This document shows positions 1 through 6,482 of a DNA stretch of 32,000 nucleotides, piece by piece. The stretch comes from Rhodobacter capsulatus SB 1003 (GTDB lineage Bacteria > Pseudomonadota > Alphaproteobacteria > Rhodobacterales > Rhodobacteraceae). A program made the position numbers and the translations under genes. Location of the stretch: assembly GCF_000021865.1 (NCBI RefSeq), contig NC_014034.1:2760001-2792000 (forward strand), in the 5' to 3' direction. The number at the start of each line of letters is the position of its first letter. The first letter of the stretch is position 1. Below the pieces are notes generated by a model, which worked only from the letters and a program-made list of their open reading frames with translations, was not told the DNA's origin and ran no database searches.

Positions 1-108
1 CACCCATTTAGGACGCACTACAGGAACAGTCCACCCATTTAGGACGTACCACAGGAGCGGGCCAGTCCGTCCAATTTCCCCTTACTACAGGACACCCCAA
101 GTCCGTCC
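1..108 (+). repeat. Iteron-like direct-repeat array upstream of the 157..2063 gene module
   Basis: The unit cacccatttaggacgcactacagga occurs at 1-25 and again at 32-56 (23/25 identical, 31-bp period). A partial copy, actacagga, is at 84-92. The composite acagga-N7-agtccgtcc occurs twice (51-72 and 87-108, 36-bp period). The array is truncated by the window start. Confidence 0.85.
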
Positions 109-156
109 CCCTCATCCCGTCAAACAACATCAACAATCCCAAGAGGAAACGACACA

Positions 157-1080
157 ATGAGCCAGAACACCATCCACCTTACCGAGGCCGAGGCCGTCCG
201 CATGGCCGATGAAGCCGCCGCCGCCCGCCGCAGCACACCTTACAACGGCTTCCAACCTGCCGCCATCACCTCCGACCGTCACGAAGTCATCATCCGGGGC
301 GGTCAAGTTGCCGAGGTCAAGAGCGCCAGCAAGACGCTGGGCGTCCCGACCGGCTATGCCGAACATCACCGCCCCGGCTTCATCCGCATTCCCGGCGCCG
401 GTGAGACGACGATTGCCGCCGCCAAAGCTGCCGGGTTCTTGCCGCATACCTGGCAGGAGGGCGATAAGCTCCCTTTTGACGACGCCCCCAAAGGTCCGCA
501 ATCGGACCCCCAGCGGGGCAGCGACAAGGCCACTGAGGCGGCCGAAGACAAGCCGCAGGAACGCACCGTTGCAGAGCACCGGGCCAAGGTCGCCGGGGAC
601 ATTCTGGACCGTGCCGACAAGGCGCTGGGCGCAGAGGTGACGGACAAATACCTGAGCGATGCAGTCGAGACGGGGGTTATCCCCGAGGAAGGACTTCCCG
701 AAGGTTTCACGCCGGTCATGGTGAAACAGGTCTACCAAGGATACGTCGCCCAAGCTGACGCAGTGCTGGCCCCCGTGGGCGCCTCCGTGGCGTTGCTGCA
801 GGACATGCTGACCGATGACGAGCTTCGCCAAGCGCGCCATCATACCTTGTCCAAGGACAGCGACAGCCTTGCGGACCTCGGACGGGCTGCGGTCAACCGC
901 CTCGCCATGCTGCCCAAGACCGACCCCGAGGGCTTCATGCAGATGGTCGCGGACATGCCCGCCGCCGAGCGCAAGTGCATCGACTTCGACAAGAAGCGCG
1001 GGGAATGGCTGGTCAAGATCCCCGGCAAGCCGACCATGAGTTACGGCGCTGCGGTCCGCATGGCCCTTGTCCGCGTCTGA
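157..1080 (+). CDS. Hypothetical protein (307 aa), island-borne, no family recognised
   Basis: Long ORF with SD-like aagagga 8-14 nt upstream of the ATG. GC3-rich codons. Followed by a stem-loop at 1103-1130. Confidence 0.7.
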   Translation: MSQNTIHLTEAEAVRMADEAAAARRSTPYNGFQPAAITSDRHEVIIRGGQVAEVKSASKTLGVPTGYAEHHRPGFIRIPGAGETTIAAAKAAGFLPHTWQEGDKLPFDDAPKGPQSDPQRGSDKATEAAEDKPQERTVAEHRAKVAGDILDRADKALGAEVTDKYLSDAVETGVIPEEGLPEGFTPVMVKQVYQGYVAQADAVLAPVGASVALLQDMLTDDELRQARHHTLSKDSDSLADLGRAAVNRLAMLPKTDPEGFMQMVADMPAAERKCIDFDKKRGEWLVKIPGKPTMSYGAAVRMALVRV

Positions 1081-1102
1081 CGCTCTCCCCGAACACTGAC
1101 TA

Positions 1103-1140
1103 GCGCCCCCGTTGACCACCGCGGGGGCGCCCTTTCGTCA
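1103..1140 (+). terminator. Stem-loop after the 307-aa ORF (possible intrinsic terminator or attenuator)
   Basis: gcgcccccg (1103-1111) pairs perfectly with cgggggcgc (1122-1130), with a 10-nt loop, followed by cctttcgtcatt. The U-tract is weak. Confidence 0.5.
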
Positions 1141-1171
1141 TTCTCTACCGTCACCCAGAGGAAACCCGACA

Positions 1172-1381
1172 ATGACTGCTGAAATCTACACCATGCCGCC
1201 CCTGCCAACCGCGATCTGTCCCGGCTGCGGGGCCACCTTCACCCCGCCCGTGCTGCCCTCCCGCGCCCGAGGCAATGACACCACCTGCCGCGCCTGTGCC
1301 GCCGCCGCCATCGAAGCAGAGCGCGCAGCCGAACGCGCAGCTTACACCGACATGTGCACCACGGGGACCATCCTGAAATGA
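1172..1381 (+). CDS. Small zinc-ribbon-like protein (69 aa), unknown function
   Basis: Internal ATG of track ORF 1112..1381, preceded by cagaggaaacccgaca. Contains CPGC ... CRAC (two CxxC pairs about 20 residues apart). Its stop overlaps the next start (ATGA at 1378-1381). Confidence 0.6.
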   Translation: MTAEIYTMPPLPTAICPGCGATFTPPVLPSRARGNDTTCRACAAAAIEAERAAERAAYTDMCTTGTILK

Positions 1382-1833
1382 ACGCAGAACACCCCATCGC
1401 CCGCCTTCTGAACCTCACCGCCGCCTTCGGCATCGACCCGGCCAAGCTGACAGCGCAATTCGACACGCTCCGGGGGGACCCGGACGCGGACGCCATGTCC
1501 GACAGCGAAGGCGCGGTTGTCGCCCGTGCCGTGCATGACCTCATTGAAGCCTGTGCCAGCGCGGATCGGATCATCAAAGCGGCGGTCATCGCCAAGGCCA
1601 TCGGGGACTATCTGGCCGAGGCCCAGCGCCAAGCGCAAGAGCCGCCCCGACACCCCATGCAGCGCGCAAGGGACGCCATCGCAGCCCACGAACGGGACAC
1701 CGGAACGCGCCCCTCTTGGGCCGACCGGAAGGCCGTTGCGGCCATCGCCAGAGCCGCCAGCGCGCCCCGTGACGTGGTGCGCTTCCTCTTGCGGTACCCC
1801 ACCTGCACCCTCGGCATGGGGGCCTCTCAGTGA
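1378..1833 (+). CDS. Hypothetical protein (151 aa), translationally coupled
   Basis: ATG at 1378 overlaps the upstream TGA (ATGA). The downstream gene starts at a GTGA overlap (1830-1833). No family recognised. Confidence 0.6.
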   Translation: MNAEHPIARLLNLTAAFGIDPAKLTAQFDTLRGDPDADAMSDSEGAVVARAVHDLIEACASADRIIKAAVIAKAIGDYLAEAQRQAQEPPRHPMQRARDAIAAHERDTGTRPSWADRKAVAAIARAASAPRDVVRFLLRYPTCTLGMGASQ

Positions 1834-2063
1834 GCCGCAGCGTTGATTTGACGCCGGTCCCCGTATGGGTCGCCGGTAAGGGCTTGGTCAGTCCCCCCGG
1901 CTGGATCAGCCCGGAGACGCGGGCACTCATGGACAAGGCGCAGCGCGAATGCGCAGAGGCGGCAGAAGTCATCGCCGCGCGCAAGGCCAGTCCCCAGGGC
2001 GACGACAAGGGCGACGGGACACCTGCCGGGTTCGTCATCGACCCCACGGGCGGGCAGCGATAG
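1830..2063 (+). CDS. Hypothetical protein (77 aa), translationally coupled (GTG start)
   Basis: GTG at 1830 overlaps the stop of the preceding ORF (GTGA). It is the last gene of the coupled module. Confidence 0.5.
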   Translation: MSRSVDLTPVPVWVAGKGLVSPPGWISPETRALMDKAQRECAEAAEVIAARKASPQGDDKGDGTPAGFVIDPTGGQR

Positions 2064-2170
2064 GCCCACCGACTCACCCACAGGCCCGCCAAGGGGCCGT
2101 CTAGGTTTGCCATAGGCAGCCCACCTGAAACCCCGGAAGGCCCCTGTGCGGGCCTCTCCGTGAGTCCTGA

Positions 2171-2302
2171 GCGCCGCCCGCTCCGATCATCCACCTAGCC
2201 TTCGCATTGCCAGCTTCGTTTGTGTCGAGATTTCCCCTCGGCTGCCGATGCGTGCGGGGGTGACGGCCCGCCGCTGGGTGGATGATCCGAACGGGCGGGC
2301 GC
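2171..2302 (+). repeat. Long-range imperfect inverted repeat (candidate structured-RNA stem) in a 389-bp non-coding region
   Basis: The left arm 2171-2195 (gcgccgcccgctccgatcatccacc) pairs with the right arm 2277-2302 (ggtggatgatccgaacgggcgggcgc). There are 11 consecutive base pairs at the loop-proximal end and about 22 pairs in total, with 2 mismatches and 1 bulge. The arms enclose about 81 nt. No credible ORF spans the region. Confidence 0.6.
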
Positions 2303-2452
2303 TCTTCTCCTATCCTTCCATTCTCTCGCATGGCGCCCCTGCGCGACCCGTTCGGCTGATCCTTTCCGGCCCTTCGGGTGCCCGTGGTGGGGCTGCCGGG
2401 GGCGTCATGCCGGGGAATGGACCCCGATAACCACCACACAGAAAGGAAACCC

Positions 2453-3202
2453 ATGAACGAACTGACGACCTTCCAATTCCAGCCCGCAGAGGGCACCGAA
2501 AGCGCCCGCCCGGTGCGCACCGTGACCATCGACGGTGAACCGTGGTTCATTGCCCGCGACGTGTGCGACGTGCTGGGCCTCGACAACGTGACGAAAGCAC
2601 TCCTGAGCCTCGACCCCGATGAAAAGGCCCTGAATAATGTTCAGTCCCTTGGCGGCGCGCAGACGACAAACATCATCTCGGAAAGCGGCCTCTATGCTCT
2701 CGTGCTGCGGTCGCGACGGCCCGAGGCGAAAGCCTTCCGCAAATGGGTCACGGCGACCGTGCTGCCGACGATCCGCAAGACCGGCTCTTACGTTCGCGGC
2801 GAAGAAGCCTTTGACGTGACCACCGAGGCTGGCCTTGCTGCCGCGACGATGCACGTCATGGCCGCCCTGCAAGCGAAAGCGGACGGGTTCAAGGCGATGT
2901 ATGAGGCCGCCAAGCCCAAGGCCGACGCCTTCGCGGTCATCGCAGAGGCCACGGGGTCTATGACCGTCACCGAGGCCGCCAAGGCCCTGAAAGCGAAGCG
3001 GGTGGACCTCTACGGCTTCCTTGAACATCGCAAGTGGGTCACGAAGGGCAAGGGGCGTCAGGCCACGGCATACGCCCTGCGCACCGGCTACATGGACACG
3101 CGGACCCATACGGACCCCCGAGGGCGCGTCCGCACGACCCCCGTGGTGACCCCCAAGGGCTTCGCCTATCTGGCCCAGGTCAAGGCTCAGAACAGGGCCT
3201 AG
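2453..3202 (+). CDS. Phage antirepressor-like protein, BRO-N domain plus C-terminal KilAC/ANT domain (249 aa)
   Basis: The N-terminus (FQF...VRTVTIDGEPWFIARDVCDVLGL...SESGLYALVLRSRRPEAKAFRKWVT..VLPTIRKTG) is typical BRO-N. The C-terminus (MTVTEAAKAL...LRTGYM...VTPKGFAYLA) is KilAC-like. SD gaaagga lies upstream of the ATG at 2453, so the track start at 2378 was rejected. Confidence 0.85.
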   Translation: MNELTTFQFQPAEGTESARPVRTVTIDGEPWFIARDVCDVLGLDNVTKALLSLDPDEKALNNVQSLGGAQTTNIISESGLYALVLRSRRPEAKAFRKWVTATVLPTIRKTGSYVRGEEAFDVTTEAGLAAATMHVMAALQAKADGFKAMYEAAKPKADAFAVIAEATGSMTVTEAAKALKAKRVDLYGFLEHRKWVTKGKGRQATAYALRTGYMDTRTHTDPRGRVRTTPVVTPKGFAYLAQVKAQNRA

Positions 3203-3264
3203 ACGGTGTAAGGAAGGAGGGGGTTGACAGAGAGGTTTGCACCCTCCGGGCACCTGCGAATCAA

Positions 3265-3282
3265 TTAGGACGCACTACAGGA
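3265..3282 (+). repeat. Third copy of the 18-nt repeat core ttaggacgcactacagga
   Basis: Identical to positions 8-25. It lies in the convergent gap between the antirepressor-like gene and the integrase gene. Confidence 0.85.
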
Positions 3283-3295
3283 GGGGGCCCCCCTT

Positions 3296-3315
3296 TACAT
3301 GTTACTTAACATGTA
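3296..3315. promoter_or_regulatory. AT-rich perfect palindrome tacatgtta-ct-taacatgta (protein-binding site or origin-like element?)
   Basis: 9-bp perfect arms with a 2-nt spacer, 13 bp downstream of the repeat copy at 3265-3282. Preceded by the GC palindrome gggggccccc. This is the most AT-rich patch of the element. Confidence 0.5.
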
Positions 3316-3393
3316 TGGGATGCTCAAAGTGAGCGACTAGGCGAGGGTATGACCAGCGTCCCGATAGCGCCTCCCACTCACTCCCCCTCCCCC

Positions 3394-4818
3394 TCATTCC
3401 TCCCCTGGGTGCTGACTATCAACCTCTGACAGGTCCACCCCGAGGGCCTTCTTCATCGCCTTCGTGGTCTGCCGCAGTTTCGCCACCTCGCCCCCATACA
3501 CCCGATCCCCGACACTCCCGAGGGCGTGACCAAGGATCAGGTTTTGTTCCAGTGTCGCCACCTCGGCCAGAATGAGGGCGTCCTTCATGTTGTGCCGCAG
3601 CGAATGGACAACGTGTTTGGGGTCTTTGGTCACGGTGCGAAGGTGCTTCATCAACGACGCTGAGGCCGCGTCAGCGCCCCGCTCAGACGCATAGTCCGGG
3701 AACAGTAGGTTGCCCTGCCGGGGCAGCTTAAGGGCCTCCTTGGCGGCTTCCAGAGCGTCACCGACGAGGGGCACAGACCGGCGAGAGGCTTCGGTCTTGA
3801 GCCGCCTGTTTTCGTGCCATGTGACCTTGATATGCGGGAACTCCCCGCCCGTCGCCACGTCTTCGACCCGCAGCCCCGTGACCTCGGCAAGGCGGCATCC
3901 GGTCCCTTCAAGGATACGCCAGATCAGCCCCAAGTCGGCCTTGGCGTGGCCCATGATCCGCTCACGGACCTTCCGCAGCACAGTTGCAGGAAGGGGGTCA
4001 CGTTTCTCCCCGTCCGACGCACGGCCCCGCACGGTGCCCAGAGTGAGCTTGTTAAACGGGTTCTGAAAGGTCGCCGGAAGGGGCAACTCAGTGGCCGCGA
4101 AGTTGATCACGGCTTTCAGCCCGTTCATGTCTCGCGCCACCGACGCGGGGCTGATCTTCTCGCCGTTGTCCTTGAACCGGGACAGCATGTAATCGCGGAC
4201 CCTGCGCGCATCATCACGCGTCAGGTCAACAAGGACCGGATCAGACCCGAGGGCAGCGCGGACGTGGCCGACGATCCGCTCGACCTGCCCAGCAAACCGC
4301 GCCAGTGCCTCCTCTGCTTCGCCGCTCTTGGCCCGTTCTTCGAGATAGAGCCGCTTTGCGTCTTCGAGCGTCGCAGCGGGTGCGGGGTATCGCTTCGGCC
4401 CGAGGCGCAAAAGGTTGATCGTATGGCGCTCCACAGGGGGCACCCCGATAGGCTCAAAATGGTCTTGCGGGAAGCTATCGGCCAGTGAGTCGGCGGCAAG
4501 CTCTAACTCTCCCTCCGTCGCGCCGCGCTCGATCAGGTCAGCCCGACGACGCAGCGCCTCGGCATAGGCCGCCCGGTCTGACGCCTCCGACGACGACGCA
4601 GCCGCAGCCCCGGCAAGCCGCCGCTTGGCCTCGGCAATCTCGCGCTCAACTTCGGCATGGTAGCGGGGATAGGCGGCCAGAGCGGCCTTCTCAGAATCAC
4701 CCAGCTTGCGCTTGAACTCGCGCTTGGTGATTACGGATGCGACCTCTTTGGGAACTCTCCGGCGATACTGCCAGCTTCCCGATTTGGTGCGCTCTACATG
4801 CTTCAAGACCATTCCCAT
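3394..4818 (-). CDS. int: Tyrosine-type site-specific recombinase / phage integrase (474 aa)
   Basis: The C-terminal catalytic region has TGCRLAEV (Arg), HSLRHNMKD (His-x-x-Arg), LGHALG and DRVYGG (Tyr). Adjacent to the tRNA-Asn 3' end. Confidence 0.9.
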   Translation of the reverse strand: MGMVLKHVERTKSGSWQYRRRVPKEVASVITKREFKRKLGDSEKAALAAYPRYHAEVEREIAEAKRRLAGAAAASSSEASDRAAYAEALRRRADLIERGATEGELELAADSLADSFPQDHFEPIGVPPVERHTINLLRLGPKRYPAPAATLEDAKRLYLEERAKSGEAEEALARFAGQVERIVGHVRAALGSDPVLVDLTRDDARRVRDYMLSRFKDNGEKISPASVARDMNGLKAVINFAATELPLPATFQNPFNKLTLGTVRGRASDGEKRDPLPATVLRKVRERIMGHAKADLGLIWRILEGTGCRLAEVTGLRVEDVATGGEFPHIKVTWHENRRLKTEASRRSVPLVGDALEAAKEALKLPRQGNLLFPDYASERGADAASASLMKHLRTVTKDPKHVVHSLRHNMKDALILAEVATLEQNLILGHALGSVGDRVYGGEVAKLRQTTKAMKKALGVDLSEVDSQHPGEE

Positions 4819-4904
4819 GTGTGCCTCGCGTGTGCCGCAATGTGCACCGAGAGGGACGCAAAGTCACTGAAATCCTTGATATTCAGGACTTCAACTTGGG
4901 ATTA

Positions 4905-4979
4905 TGGCTCCGGCGGTAGGGATCGAACCTACGACCAATTGATTAACAGTCAACTGCTCTACCGCTGAGCTACGCCGGA
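4905..4979 (-). tRNA. tRNA-Asn (anticodon GTT)
   Basis: The minus strand reads TCCGGCG-TA-GCTC-AGCGGTA-GAGC-A-GTTGA-CTGTTAA-TCAAT-TGGTC-GTAGG-TTCGATC-CCTAC-CGCCGGA-G-CCA. This gives a full cloverleaf with encoded CCA. Confidence 0.95.
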
Positions 4980-4990
4980 ACACGAGGGGG

Positions 4991-5019
4991 TGTATAGCGG
5001 CGGCTGAATCGGGGTGCAA
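4991..5019 (-). promoter_or_regulatory. Putative sigma-70-type promoter of tRNA-Asn
   Basis: On the minus strand, TTGCAC-N17-TATACA ends 10 nt before the tRNA 5' end. An A7 tract further upstream (5036-5042 on the plus strand as t7) could act as an UP element. Confidence 0.5.
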
Positions 5020-5460
5020 GGGGGGGGCAACGTTTTTTTCGTCGCCCGGAAACATGTCTTCATCGACCGTTCCTGTCATCTTCATCAACCGCCCCTCTCG
5101 GCGTCAGGCGGGGGAAACGGGCGCGTCCCTTGGGCAAAAGGGCAATCGCGCCCGCAATCGCCTGCGCGCCCCGACGCCGGGTCCTCCGCGGGAACCGCGC
5201 GCGCAGCCCTCCGCCCCGGCCGTTCACGAAAACGTTTCCTGTCCGGGCGATGACCCCGTCGGCGCCGCAGCGGGGCGCGCGGCGAATCGCGCCCTCGCCC
5301 GTCGGGCCGACCGGGTCTCGCCGGGGCGGACACCCGCCGGGCCCGACACAAAGCTGAGGCAAATACTCATATTTATTTCTTGACGGATTTAGTCATGCAT
5401 GCGATCCCGATCCGGCCCGACAGCGGGCGACATGACCTTTCCAGCCCCGGAGGCCCTGCC

Positions 5461-6474
5461 ATGACCCTTTCCCCGCGCGCCCTGCTTCTGACCTCGGCCC
5501 TGCTTGCCCCCCTGCCCCTCGCGGCGGCCGAGCTCAATCTTTACACCTCGCGCGAGCCGAAACTGGTCGAGCCGCTGCTTTCTGCCTTCACCGCCGAAAC
5601 CGGGATCGCCGTCACCACCGTCTTCCTCAAGGACGGGCTGGCCGAGCGCGTCGCGGCCGAGGGCGCGGCCTCGCCCGCCGATGTGCTGATGGCGGTCGAT
5701 GCCGGCAACATGGCCGATCTGGCCGCCAAGGGCCTGACGCAAGCCATTGACTCCGAAGCCGTTCTGGCCGCCGTGCCGAAAGAGCTGCGCGACCCGGAAA
5801 ACCAGTGGGTGGCGCTGTCGATGCGGGCACGCGTCGTTTATGCCGCCAAGGATCTGGGCCTGACCGCGATCACCTATGAAGAACTTGCCGATCCGAAATG
5901 GGCGGGCAAGATCTGCATCCGCTCGGGCCAGCACCCCTACAACACCGGGCTTTTCGCCGCCTATCTGGCGCATCACGGCAGCGCTGCGACCGAGACCTGG
6001 CTGACCGGGCTCAAGGCCAATCTGGCGCGCAAGCCCGGCGGCGGCGACCGTGACGGCGCCAAGGACATCCTGGGCGGCATCTGCGACATCGCGGTGGCGA
6101 ATTCCTATTACGTCGGGCTGATGCGGACGAACGAGAAAGAGCCCGAGCAGAAGGCCTGGGGCGAGGCGATCACCGTGCTTTTGCCCAGCTTCAAGGACGG
6201 CGGCACGCATGTGAACATCTCGGGCGCGGCGATTGCGAAACACGCGCCGCACAAGGCCGAAGCGGTGAAACTGCTCGAATATCTCACCTCGGATGCGGCG
6301 CAAAAACTCTATGCCGAGGCGAATTTCGAATATCCGGTCAAGGGCGGGGCGGAGCTGGCGCCGATCGTCGCCGCCTTTGGTACGCTGACGGTCGATCCGC
6401 TGCCGCTGACCGAGGTGGTGAAAAACCGCAAGGAAGCCAGCGCGCTTGTCGACAAGGTCGGTTTCGACAACTGA
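5461..6474 (+). CDS. fbpA: Fe(3+) ABC transporter periplasmic substrate-binding protein, FbpA family (337 aa)
   Basis: Signal peptide LLLTSALLAPLPLAAA. Strong by-eye similarity to Mannheimia-type FbpA (LYTSREP, SPADVLM, RARVVY, GLKANLARKPGGGDRD, ANSYYVGLM, NISGAAIAKHAPHKAEAVKLLEYL). SD ggagg lies 7 nt before the ATG at 5461. Confidence 0.88.
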   Translation: MTLSPRALLLTSALLAPLPLAAAELNLYTSREPKLVEPLLSAFTAETGIAVTTVFLKDGLAERVAAEGAASPADVLMAVDAGNMADLAAKGLTQAIDSEAVLAAVPKELRDPENQWVALSMRARVVYAAKDLGLTAITYEELADPKWAGKICIRSGQHPYNTGLFAAYLAHHGSAATETWLTGLKANLARKPGGGDRDGAKDILGGICDIAVANSYYVGLMRTNEKEPEQKAWGEAITVLLPSFKDGGTHVNISGAAIAKHAPHKAEAVKLLEYLTSDAAQKLYAEANFEYPVKGGAELAPIVAAFGTLTVDPLPLTEVVKNRKEASALVDKVGFDN

Positions 6475-6482
6475 GCCCGGCC

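Larger units (their letters stand above)
1..4904. mobile_element. Integrase-proximal part of an integrated island (prophage-remnant or satellite-like) at the 3' end of tRNA-Asn; left boundary outside the window
   Basis: The 5' end of a tyrosine integrase gene lies 86 bp from the 3' end of tRNA-Asn, on the same strand. A phage-type BRO-N/KilAC gene and four coupled ORFs of unknown function are present. AT-rich patches (3294-3330, 4860-4904) are atypical of the rest of the window. No copy of the tRNA 3' segment is seen in 1..3393, so the second att site is not in the window. Confidence 0.75.

Noticed and set aside
3361-3393. G-run tract on the minus strand just after the integrase stop (GGGGGAGGGGGAGTGAGTGGGAGG), as a possible G-quadruplex
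   Set aside because: The fourth G-run has only two guanines and the loops are uneven. It cannot be distinguished by eye from ordinary GC-rich 3'-UTR sequence. It is noted in the finding for 3203-3393 but is not called as a feature.
4819-4904. Possible arm-type integrase sites between int and tRNA-Asn related to the 18-nt repeat (gggacgcaaagtcac, ttcaggact)
   Set aside because: They share only 6-7 nt (ggacgca, cagga) with the repeat core, which is too weak to separate from chance.
4891-5088. 65-aa minus-strand ORF overlapping tRNA-Asn, and the 75-109-aa ORFs in 5014..5383
   Set aside because: The first is simply a translation through the tRNA gene. The others are Arg/Pro-rich, lack an SD, and overlap one another in several frames within a GC-rich intergenic region.
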